64,000 bases of DNA, from sequence record NC_041911.1; one strand, given 5' to 3'. Position 1 is the first letter of the stretch, and each line of letters opens with the position of its first letter. The translations under genes and the position numbers were made by a program. The notes beneath the pieces are model-generated. The model was not told the origin of the DNA, ran no database searches, and worked only from the letters and a program-made list of their open reading frames with translations. Shown here piece after piece: positions 45,519 through 56,289 of this stretch.

Positions 45519-48446
45519 ATGTCCACTCTTACAGATCTCAAAGCGAACATCGATTCGTTCCGCTATAACCCGACCAAGATTCAAGGTGCTGTTCTGCGGA
45601 TGGTTCGTGACGTCTCTGCTGGTAAGCTCGACATCGTCGATCCCAGCAACCCCTTCGTCTTTCTGGTTGAAGCTTCCGCTACGGTCGGCGCTTCGATCAT
45701 GACCGAAAGTGCTACTAACAACCGCAAGCAATATGCACAGGTAGCGCAAACCGTACAAGACCTGTATCGCCACATGCACTACGGTGACTTCAATGACATC
45801 TTCGCTCTGCCGTCGAAGGCTGGCTTTGTCATGGGGTTCAACAAAGATGAACTGATCGCTCGTATGGTGCAGATGCCTGATGGCGATATCCGCAAGATCG
45901 TGATTCCGCGCAACACTACGGTCTCGATCGCCGGCACGCTGTTTAGCTTGCAGTATCCGATCGAAGTGCGTCAGCTCGCGCACGGTGGCTTGCAAGTGGT
46001 TTACGATACGTCGAAGACCACGCCTTTGAAAAACATCGACACCAACGTAATCGAATGGCAATCGATGCGGCAGGCCGATGGTTCGGAGATGATTCTGTTC
46101 CCGGTAATTCTGGACCAGTTCAATATCATCACGCAAAGTGACGTAGTGAATGGTGCACAGAAGTTCTCGCTGTCGACTACGATCTCCGATCAGTTCTACT
46201 TCTGTCGCGTGTGGCAAGAAACCACCAATGGCTGGGTTGAACTGCCGACTACCTATAGCCAAGACATCTACAGCAACAATGGCCCGGTTGCCATTGTAAA
46301 GGTTGTGGATCAACAGGTGACGGTCGAGATCCCGATCGTGTTTGTCAAGACCGGTCAGATCTCCGGCAAGGTGCGGATGGATGTCTACCAGACCAAAGGC
46401 CCGATCAGCCAAGACTTGGGAGGCTTTGATCCGAAGCAGTTCACGATCAACTGGTTGGCTATCGACAAGAACGAGCAAGACCAGTACGTGTCTCCGCTCA
46501 AGGCTATGACGACTGCTGTTGTGTATTCCAGCGCGATGACTACCGGTGGTCGCAATGCCATGACTTTCGATGAGTTGAAGGACCGCGTGATCCAGAATGC
46601 TTTCGGCCCGACCATCCTGCCGATCACGCCAGCTCAAGCGCAGAAGAAGTTGGAGCGTAACGGCTACAACATCGTGAAGAACTTGGACCACGTAACGGAT
46701 CGTATCTTCGCTGCTACACGTCCGATGCCTGATCCGAAAGATGTGGAGCTGATCACGCCTGCTTCGGCTGGCATCCACACGCTGACTGAAACCATGGAGC
46801 ATCTCGGCATGCTCTCGACGTCTTACGTGAATAACCAGAGTCTGACTTTGGGGCCGAAGACACTGTACCGTGTGGATCAGGGAGTGCTGAAGGTGGTATC
46901 GGATTCAGAAGTTGCTCTGCTGAATTCGCTACCGGGTGACAAGAAGGCTGTGGTGATCACGGAAGGCTCGTACTTCTACTCGCCCTTCCACTACGTGTTC
47001 GATGCGACTAGCAGCACGTTTGTGTCGCGTTCCTACTATCTGGATTCTCCGAAGATCAACGCGCGTAGCTTCATCGCGGAGAATGGCACCACCTCGTTGC
47101 AAGTCAGCACCAGTAGCGCACAAATCGCACGTACGCCTTCTGGTTGGCAGCTCACCGTCACCACCAACTCGTCGCAGGAGTGGAAGGATCTCGACGATGA
47201 AAAAACCCACATCACCTTGGCGTACCAGCCGGACCGCTCTGGCGACTATGCCTACACGCTGGGCACTTTGCTTGGCAAGACAACCGCGGGCGAGCGGGTG
47301 TACCAGTTCGACATCAAGACCAGTTATGACATCGACGCGAACAACGCGATGCAATTGACCAACTTCATGATGTACGAACAGTCGCAACAGTTCCTGCGCA
47401 CGCCGCTGGAACAGAATTTCGAGTTGTTCTATTCGGTTTCTTCGCCGATGCCGAGCACTTGGACTGCGACGACCTTCGATCCGCTGATTGGTACGTTCCT
47501 TCTGCCTTTTGGTAGCGTCGGCGTGTCTCGTGAACGTCTGGATGTGATTCTGGGTTATTCCCTGAGTAACCTCTGGACACGTGGCCGCACTGTGGTGGGT
47601 GAGCAGGACTACGCGAAGTGGGAAGTGGATGTTCAGGCGACGTACGAAAAGGATGTCTACCAAGCTGATCCGGTAACGGGCGCTGCTTTCACTGTGGTCA
47701 ATGGCGTGCTGACCTACAACAAGCTGCATTCGGCTGGTGACCTCGTGTTCACGGGTCCGAACAACGACGTTCCGGTGATCAAGTACGCCAAGGGCTCGAT
47801 CAAGAAGGATGCCTACGGTAATCCGATCGTGGTTGGTGGGCGTAAGCTCATGCGCCAGATCGATCTGTTCCTGTTGGAAGCACCGTATTATTTCGCGACC
47901 AACAAGGCAGCTACCGATTATCGTACGCAATTGGTGGACACGATCGTGCAATGGATTGCTGATGACCTCAAGGACATTAGCAAGATGTTGCTGGACAAGA
48001 CCAACATCTACTTCTATCCGGTGCAGAACGTCGGCTCGGTGGATGTGATTTACGGTGCAGGTCTTAAGTCCACGATCGATGCCGGTCAATACTTCAACCT
48101 GAAGCTGTACGTGAAGGACTCGGTCTACAAGAACGACAAGCTCCGTGAATCGCTCTCCCGTTCGTCGGTGGTGTCGATCTCCGAGTGCTTGAAGTCGAAG
48201 ACCGTGTCGAACTCGCAGATCGTCGATGCCTTGAAGATCACCTATGGCAGCGATGTGGTGGCGTTCGATCTGGAAGGGCTGGGTGGTACGGCACAACTCT
48301 CCATCGTCACGATGGTAGATGACTCTGCTCGTCTGACGCTTCGTAAGAAGCTGGAGTATCGTCCGGACCAGACGTTTGCGTTGCGTGAAGACGTGAACAT
48401 CGAGTTCGTGGCAGCAGAACGCGCAGGCGTGACGCTGGACGCGTAA
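45519..48446 (+). CDS. Baseplate wedge protein (T4 gp6/BpJ-like)
   Basis: 975 aa; TTGGRNAMTFDELKDRV...PIT resembles the gp6/J GG.D.ES.E.LR motif. Confidence 0.6.
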   Translation: MSTLTDLKANIDSFRYNPTKIQGAVLRMVRDVSAGKLDIVDPSNPFVFLVEASATVGASIMTESATNNRKQYAQVAQTVQDLYRHMHYGDFNDIFALPSKAGFVMGFNKDELIARMVQMPDGDIRKIVIPRNTTVSIAGTLFSLQYPIEVRQLAHGGLQVVYDTSKTTPLKNIDTNVIEWQSMRQADGSEMILFPVILDQFNIITQSDVVNGAQKFSLSTTISDQFYFCRVWQETTNGWVELPTTYSQDIYSNNGPVAIVKVVDQQVTVEIPIVFVKTGQISGKVRMDVYQTKGPISQDLGGFDPKQFTINWLAIDKNEQDQYVSPLKAMTTAVVYSSAMTTGGRNAMTFDELKDRVIQNAFGPTILPITPAQAQKKLERNGYNIVKNLDHVTDRIFAATRPMPDPKDVELITPASAGIHTLTETMEHLGMLSTSYVNNQSLTLGPKTLYRVDQGVLKVVSDSEVALLNSLPGDKKAVVITEGSYFYSPFHYVFDATSSTFVSRSYYLDSPKINARSFIAENGTTSLQVSTSSAQIARTPSGWQLTVTTNSSQEWKDLDDEKTHITLAYQPDRSGDYAYTLGTLLGKTTAGERVYQFDIKTSYDIDANNAMQLTNFMMYEQSQQFLRTPLEQNFELFYSVSSPMPSTWTATTFDPLIGTFLLPFGSVGVSRERLDVILGYSLSNLWTRGRTVVGEQDYAKWEVDVQATYEKDVYQADPVTGAAFTVVNGVLTYNKLHSAGDLVFTGPNNDVPVIKYAKGSIKKDAYGNPIVVGGRKLMRQIDLFLLEAPYYFATNKAATDYRTQLVDTIVQWIADDLKDISKMLLDKTNIYFYPVQNVGSVDVIYGAGLKSTIDAGQYFNLKLYVKDSVYKNDKLRESLSRSSVVSISECLKSKTVSNSQIVDALKITYGSDVVAFDLEGLGGTAQLSIVTMVDDSARLTLRKKLEYRPDQTFALREDVNIEFVAAERAGVTLDA

Positions 48447-48449
48447 TTG

Positions 48450-48494
48450 CGGCATAGGAGCCAGGAGGGTTACCCCTCCTGGCTTTTTATGCTG
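48450..48494. terminator. Bidirectional terminator flanked by CGGCATA and TATGCTG
   Basis: CGGCATAGGAGCCAGGAGGG-TTAC-CCCTCCTGGCTTT-TTATGCTG between convergent genes. Confidence 0.85.
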
Positions 48495-48504
48495 TTAAGT
48501 CACG

Positions 48505-49965
48505 TTACATGGAGAACACCAGATTGATGTCGTGCTCTGCCACGCCCATCTCTTTGGCTTTTTCCAGCACTTGTTTCTTGACACCATTCCGGATGATGGT
48601 ATCCAGCTGTTCGCGGGTGGCTTTGATGCCCTTCACGAAGTTCACCAGTTGACTGATGGCCGTGTAGGAGAATGCGATGCGTTGCGTAGCCGGGACGATC
48701 ACGGACCGGTTGAAGTCCTTGATCGCTTCCAGCGCGGCCTTAGCTTGCGCTTCCTTGTTGGCATCTGGCGTGTAGAGCTGCATCTGGTACAGGTGATGGC
48801 TCATCTCATCCATGCTTTCGGAGAAGCGCTTCTGATCGGCCATGTCCTGATTCAGCAGCTCGGAACCATAGTCGAAGACGGCTTTCATCTTCGGCGAGTT
48901 GAGTGCCTCCAGCAGTTGACGGTAATCTTCAACCTTGAAATCCGTGGAAGTGGTCTTGAACTCGATGATGGCCTTGGCGTGCTTGTCAGCCAGTTGCGCT
49001 ACTTGCTGGAAGCTGTCGTCCTGCGTGATCTTCAGAACACCTTCGTAGTCCTTGCTACCGATGGCTCGCTCGAAGTCAGCCATCAGAACAATGATCGAAG
49101 CAATGCTCTTCTCGTGCGTGCCGATCAGACCCTCGATCTGATCCGGATCACCCAGGAACTTCTGCACGAACGGCAGGCGCACCAGAATGGCGTTTAGCTG
49201 TGTCGCCATCGCGGACTTGTATGCTTCTGCGCTACCCAGGCTTTGCACCACATTGGACAGCTTGGCCAGACGCTCAGCGCGCTGACGGTATTCGTCGGAG
49301 TCCTTGTAGTTACCCTTGGTGTGCTCCGGCTGTACTTCGGCCTGCTTCTGGAGTTCGGTTGCCCGAGTCTTGGCTGCTTCGATGATTTCCTGAGCTTTCT
49401 TCTCAGCATCGGCGATTGCCTGACTTGCATCGTTGATTTCCTTCGATGCATCTTTGAGAAGTTGCTTGTTCTCGTCGCTAGCGAGACCCTGTGCCTGAGC
49501 GCGATCGAAGAGGTTCTTGAACCAGTCGAACACACGCTTGAACATGCTGGCAACGAACTCTTTGAGCTTCTCCAGAATACCTTGTTTCTTCTGATCCACT
49601 TCTTCCAGCGCAACCGATAGCATGGTGCGGCTCGGATGCTTGGTGAAGAAGGCAATCGGACGCTCATCGTTGAGGAAGCCTGGCATCAGTGCTTCGGCTT
49701 CCGTGGCGATGCTTTGGCTCATGCCTTTCTGAGCCTTGATGCTTTCTTGCAGCAGTTCCAGATCACGGAACTGGACTTCCAGGTTTTCAGCTGCAACAGC
49801 GATCAGGTCGATGTCGTCGCGCAGCTCCGGCACTTCACCGTTATCGCCTTCATCTTTGAATGCGTTGACAACAACAGCGGGTTCCTGTTTGGGTTCCATA
49901 CTGTCATCGGCCAAGAGGAAATTGTCGTTCAATCCTGCCATGATGGTATCTCGTAGTTGATTCAA
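48505..49965 (-). CDS. Internal head protein (paralog family)
   Basis: GMSQSIATEAEALMPGFL, VALEE and LKEFVASMFKRVFDWFKNLF helix. Confidence 0.75.
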   Translation of the reverse strand: MNQLRDTIMAGLNDNFLLADDSMEPKQEPAVVVNAFKDEGDNGEVPELRDDIDLIAVAAENLEVQFRDLELLQESIKAQKGMSQSIATEAEALMPGFLNDERPIAFFTKHPSRTMLSVALEEVDQKKQGILEKLKEFVASMFKRVFDWFKNLFDRAQAQGLASDENKQLLKDASKEINDASQAIADAEKKAQEIIEAAKTRATELQKQAEVQPEHTKGNYKDSDEYRQRAERLAKLSNVVQSLGSAEAYKSAMATQLNAILVRLPFVQKFLGDPDQIEGLIGTHEKSIASIIVLMADFERAIGSKDYEGVLKITQDDSFQQVAQLADKHAKAIIEFKTTSTDFKVEDYRQLLEALNSPKMKAVFDYGSELLNQDMADQKRFSESMDEMSHHLYQMQLYTPDANKEAQAKAALEAIKDFNRSVIVPATQRIAFSYTAISQLVNFVKGIKATREQLDTIIRNGVKKQVLEKAKEMGVAEHDINLVFSM

Positions 49966-50023
49966 TGGAATAAAACCCCAGTGGACGCTTGGCCCACTGG
50001 AGTCGTGTATTGCTTGTGCCGTA

Positions 50024-51358
50024 TTAGAACTCGACCACGAGACCCTTGCCGCGCAGTGCTTTGGCCAGCTGGTCTTTCTGAGTCTGTTCCAGACCAGAGC
50101 CGGATTCTGCCACAGCCTTGATGAAGCTGGTCACCAGATCCAGCAAGGCATTGCCTACAGCATTGATGGAGAGCACAGCATCAGCGCGTACTTTCCACAA
50201 GCGCAGAATGTCCTTACCGACGGCAGCGATGCGGCGATAGAGTGCGATGATCTTCTGGGCGTAGCTGTTACGCTTTTCTTCCGGCACGTCGTCCGGAATC
50301 ATCTCCAGCACTTCTTCGATCTTCGTACCTTCGCTGAGCTGAACCACGCTACCCACTACGCCAGTCAGGGTATCGATCTGGTTCTTGATGGACACGCGCG
50401 AGAAGTCATCAACAGCCTTCGCTACGTTCTGGAAGAGCTTGTCGAGCGACACGCCCTTGTCATCGCCGTATTCGTCCGAAGCCTGATCATTGATGACCAT
50501 GCCTTTTTCGAATTCATCCAGCATCTGAGTGGCTTCGTCGATCTTGCCCAGCGCAATCATGAACTGCTCGCCGTTACGGGCTTGCATTGCCATCTGAGCA
50601 ACCGCTTGTGCCTTTTGCAGGGCTTCGCTGATCGACTTGTTGGCAGAATCACTGAAGATGTCTTCCACCGTCACGATGCCCTTGGCCAGACGGAAGTGCG
50701 TGGGGTTGTCGTCCATCATCTTTTCGATGGCTTTAGCGCGTCGCGTCAGACCGTCGAATTGATTGGCCAGACCCGCTGCGAATTCCTTGGTGTCGCCATC
50801 CATGAAGCGAGCCACTTCAGCAGCGGCTTCTTCCGGGTTTTCCGGCAGCGAGGAAATGTACTGCATCCCGCTGAGGTTGCGGCGCTCGGCCAGGAAATCC
50901 TTGATGTCTTGGCCAATGTCCAGCGCTTCTGGTTTGGCGAATTTGGCTTTCATCCATTCCGCGAAACGTTTGAACAGATCACCCACGAACTTGCGGATCT
51001 GCTGGATCATTGCGATCAAGCGATCCTTCACGGCTGTACCAGCTTCGGCCAGACCTTCGAGCGACGGGCGATGCGTGAACACCGCATGACCGCCAGCCTT
51101 TTTCAGGAAGCCAGGAGAGAGCTTGTCCAGTTCGCGAGCAGTCGACAGGCTGATGCCTTCGCAGGCGATACGGGAACCGATGGATTCCAGCGCTAGGGCA
51201 GCATCATCGAGCACATCGAGATCGTCCTGCAGCAGGAACTCGCCAGGCAGTTCCATATCGGCTTCTTCAGCCTCACTGGCTTTGTCTTCGCAGGAGAGCG
51301 GAACGTTGGTGATTTCCAGTTCCGGCTCGTCCTCAACGATGAGGAGTTTCAGCGACAT
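50024..51358 (-). CDS. Internal head protein (paralog family)
   Basis: LALES, GISLSTA.EL..LSPGFL, PSLEG and IRKFVGDLFKRFAEWMK helix; paralogous to 48505-49965. Confidence 0.75.
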   Translation of the reverse strand: MSLKLLIVEDEPELEITNVPLSCEDKASEAEEADMELPGEFLLQDDLDVLDDAALALESIGSRIACEGISLSTARELDKLSPGFLKKAGGHAVFTHRPSLEGLAEAGTAVKDRLIAMIQQIRKFVGDLFKRFAEWMKAKFAKPEALDIGQDIKDFLAERRNLSGMQYISSLPENPEEAAAEVARFMDGDTKEFAAGLANQFDGLTRRAKAIEKMMDDNPTHFRLAKGIVTVEDIFSDSANKSISEALQKAQAVAQMAMQARNGEQFMIALGKIDEATQMLDEFEKGMVINDQASDEYGDDKGVSLDKLFQNVAKAVDDFSRVSIKNQIDTLTGVVGSVVQLSEGTKIEEVLEMIPDDVPEEKRNSYAQKIIALYRRIAAVGKDILRLWKVRADAVLSINAVGNALLDLVTSFIKAVAESGSGLEQTQKDQLAKALRGKGLVVEF

Positions 51359-51368
51359 GGCCTACTCC

Positions 51369-51821
51369 TTACGCCGTGGCGAAGTTGTCGGCGATCACGT
51401 TGCAGATGTGGGTGTACACCGTGCCGATCGCTTGATTGTTCTTGTTGGCGAACTCGATCATCTCGGGCGAGAAGAACTTGGGTACGCCGAAGACCGAGCA
51501 GAAGAAGTCACCCGGCACTTGATCCATGCGTGGGCACTTGTGCACGGCTTCGTAGCGCAGCAACCAGAAGCCGCGGGCGAAGTCCAGAGCCAGAGCAGTG
51601 TCGAGCACCGACACTTCGTTCAGCGCACTCACAACGCGCTTGGCGAACGGTTCTACCGTCATGCGGTAGTGGGTTTCTGCGTCGTCGACTTCCGAGGTCG
51701 GCAGAACGGAGTTGCAGGCGCAGGCATAGCCGATAGCGATAGCGGCGATGCGGTGACGCTCCTGGACCGGGCCAGAGAGCGACTGCATGACATTCACGAA
51801 GGGAAACAGTTTTGCGTTCAT
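51369..51821 (-). CDS. Conserved phiKZ-like virion protein
   Basis: 150-aa ORF in the head-gene run. Confidence 0.55.
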   Translation of the reverse strand: MNAKLFPFVNVMQSLSGPVQERHRIAAIAIGYACACNSVLPTSEVDDAETHYRMTVEPFAKRVVSALNEVSVLDTALALDFARGFWLLRYEAVHKCPRMDQVPGDFFCSVFGVPKFFSPEMIEFANKNNQAIGTVYTHICNVIADNFATA

Positions 51822-51881
51822 GGTGGAGAAGTTTCTCGTAATAGTGGTAGAAAAGACGAGGGCGCTCGGCCCTCGTTACTT

Positions 51882-53183
51882 TTATCGGAACTCGTGGTCA
51901 CCGTCGCCGCGCTGACGGCCGGCGCCGAGCTGTGCAGCGCGAATGAACAGGTCATTGGCAGCAAGCGATTCGAGGCGGTCCGTGTATTCGCGGGAAGCAC
52001 GGGCATCCATCTTACCGCGACGGAACATGTCGAGGAACTTTACGACCATCGGCGGGCTGAAATCGCCATTGTACTTCTGGACGATCTCGTCAGTCAGCTC
52101 AATGCTCTCGACAGCCTCGGCAATCTCTTCCTTCGGCAGCCCGCTTTGCTTGAGCTTCTCCACAAACTGGTTGCGCATCTTCTTCGCTTCCTGTTTGAAG
52201 GTCGTGACATCAAGCTGATTGCCAGCGGCGTGAACGCCGGAGATGGTGATCAACGCACCCATCAAGAAGATGGGGATGCCAACTTCCGGAGCAATCGGGG
52301 CCGACAACAGGCCGAGCAGTGACCAACCGATGCCCAGCAGGATGCCGTAGCTCTTACTGTCGGATTGGAACTTCGAACGCATCGTGACGATGGCTCGCCC
52401 TGCGCCATGACGAGCAGCGAAGATGTCCGCCAGCTCTTCAGCGGTATCCATCGAGAAGTAGCGCTTGTTGTCCATCAGACGCGGCTCAACCTGTACTGCA
52501 GTCACCAGCACACGGAAAGCTACTTCCGGATCAGTGCCATCTTGTACAGCTTCCAGCCAATCGCGGCTCTCGACAGCCATGTCGTCGGCCGCCTTGGTCA
52601 GGATCAGCTTGACCTTCTTGTCGGCGTTGGCGTTGGTCAGCTCTTGCCAAGTACGTTGCAGCACCACGTTCACCACGATACTGTCGGCCAGGAATTGCAG
52701 GAAGGTGTAGGCGTGACCCGTTTCATGCAGAATCACCGAAGCGGCTTCTTCCGGCGTGAAAGTCGAGCCGAGCAAGAACGCCTCACCGATAAACATCCGG
52801 AAGGTGATCTCGGAGAAAGCACCGCCAACGCGGGAGTTGGCCGGATCGATCCAGCCTTTCTTTTCCAGGTTGTAGAAGGAGAGCTTGTCCGCGTCGAAGT
52901 TCTTGTCGAGGAACTTGTTGAAGCTCATGCGGTTCAGGACGTTGCCGCGAGCCAGCCCTGGCACGACAACGAAGGCGTTATCACCTCCCGGCCAGAACTT
53001 GGTATTGGTAGTGATGCCGGTGTGGTCGGAAATGCACTTGTCAATCCGCACACAAAACTTGGACATTGCATCTTCGCCCGAGCTACCGGAGGCCCGCAGG
53101 TCTTGGACGAGCAGTGTAAGGTCTTTGAAGAATGCACCGGTCTGGAAGGCGATGCTTTCGGTTCCGAGATTGAGGAGTTTCAT
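51882..53183 (-). CDS. Virion protein with a zincin (M48/HtpX-like) motif and hydrophobic hairpin
   Basis: MKLLNLGTES propeptide-like start; VILHETGHA (HExxH); EELADIFAARHG (M48-like E..AD motif); GILLGIGWSLLGLL...IPIFLMGALITI. Confidence 0.6.
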   Translation of the reverse strand: MKLLNLGTESIAFQTGAFFKDLTLLVQDLRASGSSGEDAMSKFCVRIDKCISDHTGITTNTKFWPGGDNAFVVVPGLARGNVLNRMSFNKFLDKNFDADKLSFYNLEKKGWIDPANSRVGGAFSEITFRMFIGEAFLLGSTFTPEEAASVILHETGHAYTFLQFLADSIVVNVVLQRTWQELTNANADKKVKLILTKAADDMAVESRDWLEAVQDGTDPEVAFRVLVTAVQVEPRLMDNKRYFSMDTAEELADIFAARHGAGRAIVTMRSKFQSDSKSYGILLGIGWSLLGLLSAPIAPEVGIPIFLMGALITISGVHAAGNQLDVTTFKQEAKKMRNQFVEKLKQSGLPKEEIAEAVESIELTDEIVQKYNGDFSPPMVVKFLDMFRRGKMDARASREYTDRLESLAANDLFIRAAQLGAGRQRGDGDHEFR

Positions 53184-53368
53184 AAACTGTCAGCCATGAA
53201 TTGTTGAAATAGACGCCGGCTACGAAGGTCCTCTGTGTAGAAAAAACCTTCGAGTTTCATTCTTTTGAATAGCGGGCATATGGCCTGCGCTAACCATCAC
53301 AAGAATACCTTACAAACTGCAGCGATTGTCATAGTAAAAGACATGTCGTTGCAGTATGAGTACACGAC

Positions 53369-55252
53369 ATGTCAACCAAAAAACCTAACTTTTCTCCTGA
53401 AGATATCTCCGGTGTCGAGTGTCGTCATGTGGTTTTCATTCCACCCATCAAAGATTCGAAGGATGACTATCACCTGATCAAAGAGGTTATCCACCTGAAA
53501 GACGGGCAGCGGGTTCCAAATGTTCGCATAGTGCGTAATTACAAGCGCAAGTTCTGGATCACTAAGGAAGGCTACCGTCGCCATAAGCAAAAGAAAGAAT
53601 GGGAAGACATCAGCAAGCTGAAAGAGTACGAGTGCACGCAGTCTGAGTTGGTGGAGAAAGCAGCGAAGGCACTGGGGATGTTCAAGCCTCCTCGCTCTCT
53701 CAAACAGCTATCGCGCAGCCCGTACCTTTACGGCTCAGATATCCTGTCGACCTCAGTGATCAAGCAGGAAGTGTACCGTAACCGCTGGCCAGAACTGAAC
53801 ACTCCATCGTCCAGTGCTGCATCGGATACGGAAACCGATATGGTCCAGGGCCATGGTCGGATCATCATGCAGACCATCTCGATGAAAGAGAAAGTCTATA
53901 CGGCTGTAGTGCGTGACTTTCTGAGAGGGGTCGGCGGTACAGATGCTGACAAGATCAAGCTGTGTCAAGAAGCTCTGATCAAGTACCTAGACATCGATGA
54001 ACCTGTTCTGAAGAAGGACGGAACGCCGGAGATTGATAAGAAAACCGGTAAGCCCAAGGTCACCAACGTCTATCGTGATCGGAAACTGGAATGGGAAATT
54101 GAGCTGGTTGAGAACGACGGCATGGTCGTTTACAACACGCTCAAGAAGGCTCATGAATGGCAACCTGACTTTATGACCTTCTGGAACATGGACTTCGACA
54201 TTAAGAAGATGGAAGAGTCCCTGAAGTTCCACAAGATCCCGCTGGCTGACGCTTGGTCTGATCCTGCTGTTGCACCGGCTTATCGCTTCTATGAGTACAA
54301 GGAAGGTCAGAGCCAGAAAGTCACTGCTTCAGGTAAGGTCACTCCGATTGCTCCGCATGCTCGTTGGCATACCGTGATCACTCCGGCATCCTTCTACGTG
54401 ATGGATGCAATGTGCGCCTACAAGCAGGTGCGTACGGGTAAACAGGAGGAGCGTGCTTATACTCTTGAGTTCATCCTGAACAAGCACTTGAAGCGTGGTA
54501 AGCTCAAGTTCACTGCAGCGGACGGATTGGCTAAGGCGGACTGGCACGTCTTCATGCAGAAGAAGCACCCGATCGAGTACATCGTCTACAACGTCTTTGA
54601 CTGCGTAGGTTTGGAGATGCTCGACGAGAAGACCAAAGACTTGTCCGTGTCAGTGCCTTCGGGTGCAGCTATGTCGGACTATTCCCGGTTCAACTCGCAG
54701 CCTCGTCGAGTGGTGGACAAACTCCACTACTTTGTGCAAGCGCGCGGCAAGATCATCGGGACTACTTCTGATGAAATGGCTACCGACTTCGATCAGGAGA
54801 CGATTAGCCTCAAGAACTGGATCGTGATGCTACCAGCGCATTTGGTGGCGGACAACGGGCTGAAGATCATCAAAGAGTATCCGGATATCTGCAGTAACTT
54901 ACGATTACACATCGGTGACTTGGACGTGTCTGCATCCTATCCGAATGGTGAATCGGTCTTCAACATCTCCAAGGAGACGACGAAGAAGGAACTGATCTCG
55001 ATTGAAGGGGTGTCGGAGAACGTACGACGGATGCAGGGTATCAATCTGTCTGCTGGCGCGACTAATGCTGTTGAGTTCTGTACGGGTATGTTCCATATGC
55101 CGCAGATGACTCAGTGGCTGGAAGCTTACCGTCGCCAGGATGATCTGGTTCAAGTGGCTATGGATCTCCGTGATTGGGTTGACGATAGTGCAGCAACTGC
55201 TGATGCCGTTATCTCGATGCGGGAAGACGAAGACGAGAACGAGTACGCCTAA
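53369..55252 (+). CDS. Family-B DNA polymerase subunit of the phiKZ-type split polymerase (exonuclease plus motif A part)
   Basis: ExoI-like ASDTET, ExoII FWNMDFD, ExoIII YNVFDC, polymerase motif A GDLDVSASYP; motifs B and C absent. Confidence 0.88.
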   Translation: MSTKKPNFSPEDISGVECRHVVFIPPIKDSKDDYHLIKEVIHLKDGQRVPNVRIVRNYKRKFWITKEGYRRHKQKKEWEDISKLKEYECTQSELVEKAAKALGMFKPPRSLKQLSRSPYLYGSDILSTSVIKQEVYRNRWPELNTPSSSAASDTETDMVQGHGRIIMQTISMKEKVYTAVVRDFLRGVGGTDADKIKLCQEALIKYLDIDEPVLKKDGTPEIDKKTGKPKVTNVYRDRKLEWEIELVENDGMVVYNTLKKAHEWQPDFMTFWNMDFDIKKMEESLKFHKIPLADAWSDPAVAPAYRFYEYKEGQSQKVTASGKVTPIAPHARWHTVITPASFYVMDAMCAYKQVRTGKQEERAYTLEFILNKHLKRGKLKFTAADGLAKADWHVFMQKKHPIEYIVYNVFDCVGLEMLDEKTKDLSVSVPSGAAMSDYSRFNSQPRRVVDKLHYFVQARGKIIGTTSDEMATDFDQETISLKNWIVMLPAHLVADNGLKIIKEYPDICSNLRLHIGDLDVSASYPNGESVFNISKETTKKELISIEGVSENVRRMQGINLSAGATNAVEFCTGMFHMPQMTQWLEAYRRQDDLVQVAMDLRDWVDDSAATADAVISMREDEDENEYA

Positions 55253-55255
55253 TAG

Positions 55256-55293
55256 CAGCATAAAAGAGGAGGGGGCAACCTCTCCTCTTTTTA
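55256..55293. terminator. Hairpin terminator
   Basis: CAGCATAAAAGAGGAGG-GGGCAA-CCTCTCCTCTTTTT. Confidence 0.75.
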
Positions 55294-55323
55294 TATCATC
55301 AACATATTTCTAGAAAGTTAACC

Positions 55324-55821
55324 ATGCGCAACATCATTATCTTTGGTCACAAACAGCACGGTAAGGATACGGCTTGTGAATATCTGGAAGCAAAGTTTGG
55401 TGTGAGCTTTGCTTCATCTTCTCGTTTTGCTCTGGATCTTTTCTTATTTGAAAAGATGTGCGATGAGTCGTTTGGTTACGAAACGCCTGAAGAATGTTTC
55501 AGTGACCGGGTGAACCATCGTAAATACTGGTATGAGGCAATTCGGGATTACAACACTCCGAATAAGACACGACTGGGCGGGAAACTGTTTGCCGAATACG
55601 ATGTCTACTGCGGCATCCGTGACCTAGAAGAGTTCCGCGCGCTCAAAGCTGCTGGATTGGTTAATCTAGCTATTTTCATTGATGCCAGCGGTCGTCTGGA
55701 AAAGGAAGACTCTGAATCCATGAAACTGGATATCGAAGATGCCGATATCGTTATTACCAATAACGGTACGCTGGAACAGTTCTACGAGAAACTGGATAAG
55801 CTCTTCACGCAGCTGCTGTGA
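55324..55821 (+). CDS. Deoxynucleoside monophosphate kinase (T4 gp1-like)
   Basis: IIIFGHKQHGKDT P-loop; GIRDLEE; ADIVITNNGTLEQFY. Confidence 0.75.
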   Translation: MRNIIIFGHKQHGKDTACEYLEAKFGVSFASSSRFALDLFLFEKMCDESFGYETPEECFSDRVNHRKYWYEAIRDYNTPNKTRLGGKLFAEYDVYCGIRDLEEFRALKAAGLVNLAIFIDASGRLEKEDSESMKLDIEDADIVITNNGTLEQFYEKLDKLFTQLL

Positions 55822-55828
55822 ACATAAG

Positions 55829-55871
55829 CGACATAACGGAGAGAGGGGAGACCCTCTCTCCTATTATGCCG
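55829..55871. terminator. Bidirectional terminator
   Basis: CGACATAACGGAGAGAGGG-GAGA-CCCTCTCTCC-TATTATGCCG. Confidence 0.8.
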
Positions 55872-55879
55872 TTGTTTGT

Positions 55880-56242
55880 TTACGTACGTGCTTCGCCGTG
55901 ATACGGTTTAGCCAACCCTTGCTCGATCAACTGATCGTTGATGCTCTTAGCCGTGTTGGGTAGGAAGACAGTCGCCAGATAGCGACCGTACTTCTCTTGT
56001 TTGTCCTGCACTGTCTGTACCACGACAGCTGTACCCACAGGCAGTGTCTTCTCCACCCATGCCTTGGATGTTTTGCCTGCGTCGGTGTTCTTTTCCGGCG
56101 CATTAATGCCATCCAGACGGCACCGCATGTTGATACTGATGTCGCAGCCCAGATCTACTTGCAGATCCACGGTATCGCCGTCCACAACGCCGTTAACCTT
56201 GGCATTGCGGACATACGTTTCTTTCGGTTTGGCTTTTGCCAA
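55880..56242 (-). CDS. Thermonuclease (SNase) family nuclease
   Basis: VVDGDTV, RLDGINAPE, EKYGRYLA, INDQLIEQGLA. Confidence 0.9.
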   Translation of the reverse strand: MAKAKPKETYVRNAKVNGVVDGDTVDLQVDLGCDISINMRCRLDGINAPEKNTDAGKTSKAWVEKTLPVGTAVVVQTVQDKQEKYGRYLATVFLPNTAKSINDQLIEQGLAKPYHGEART

Positions 56243-56289
56243 GATACTCTCCTTAGATAATACTCATTACGGCATAAAATTCTCATAGC

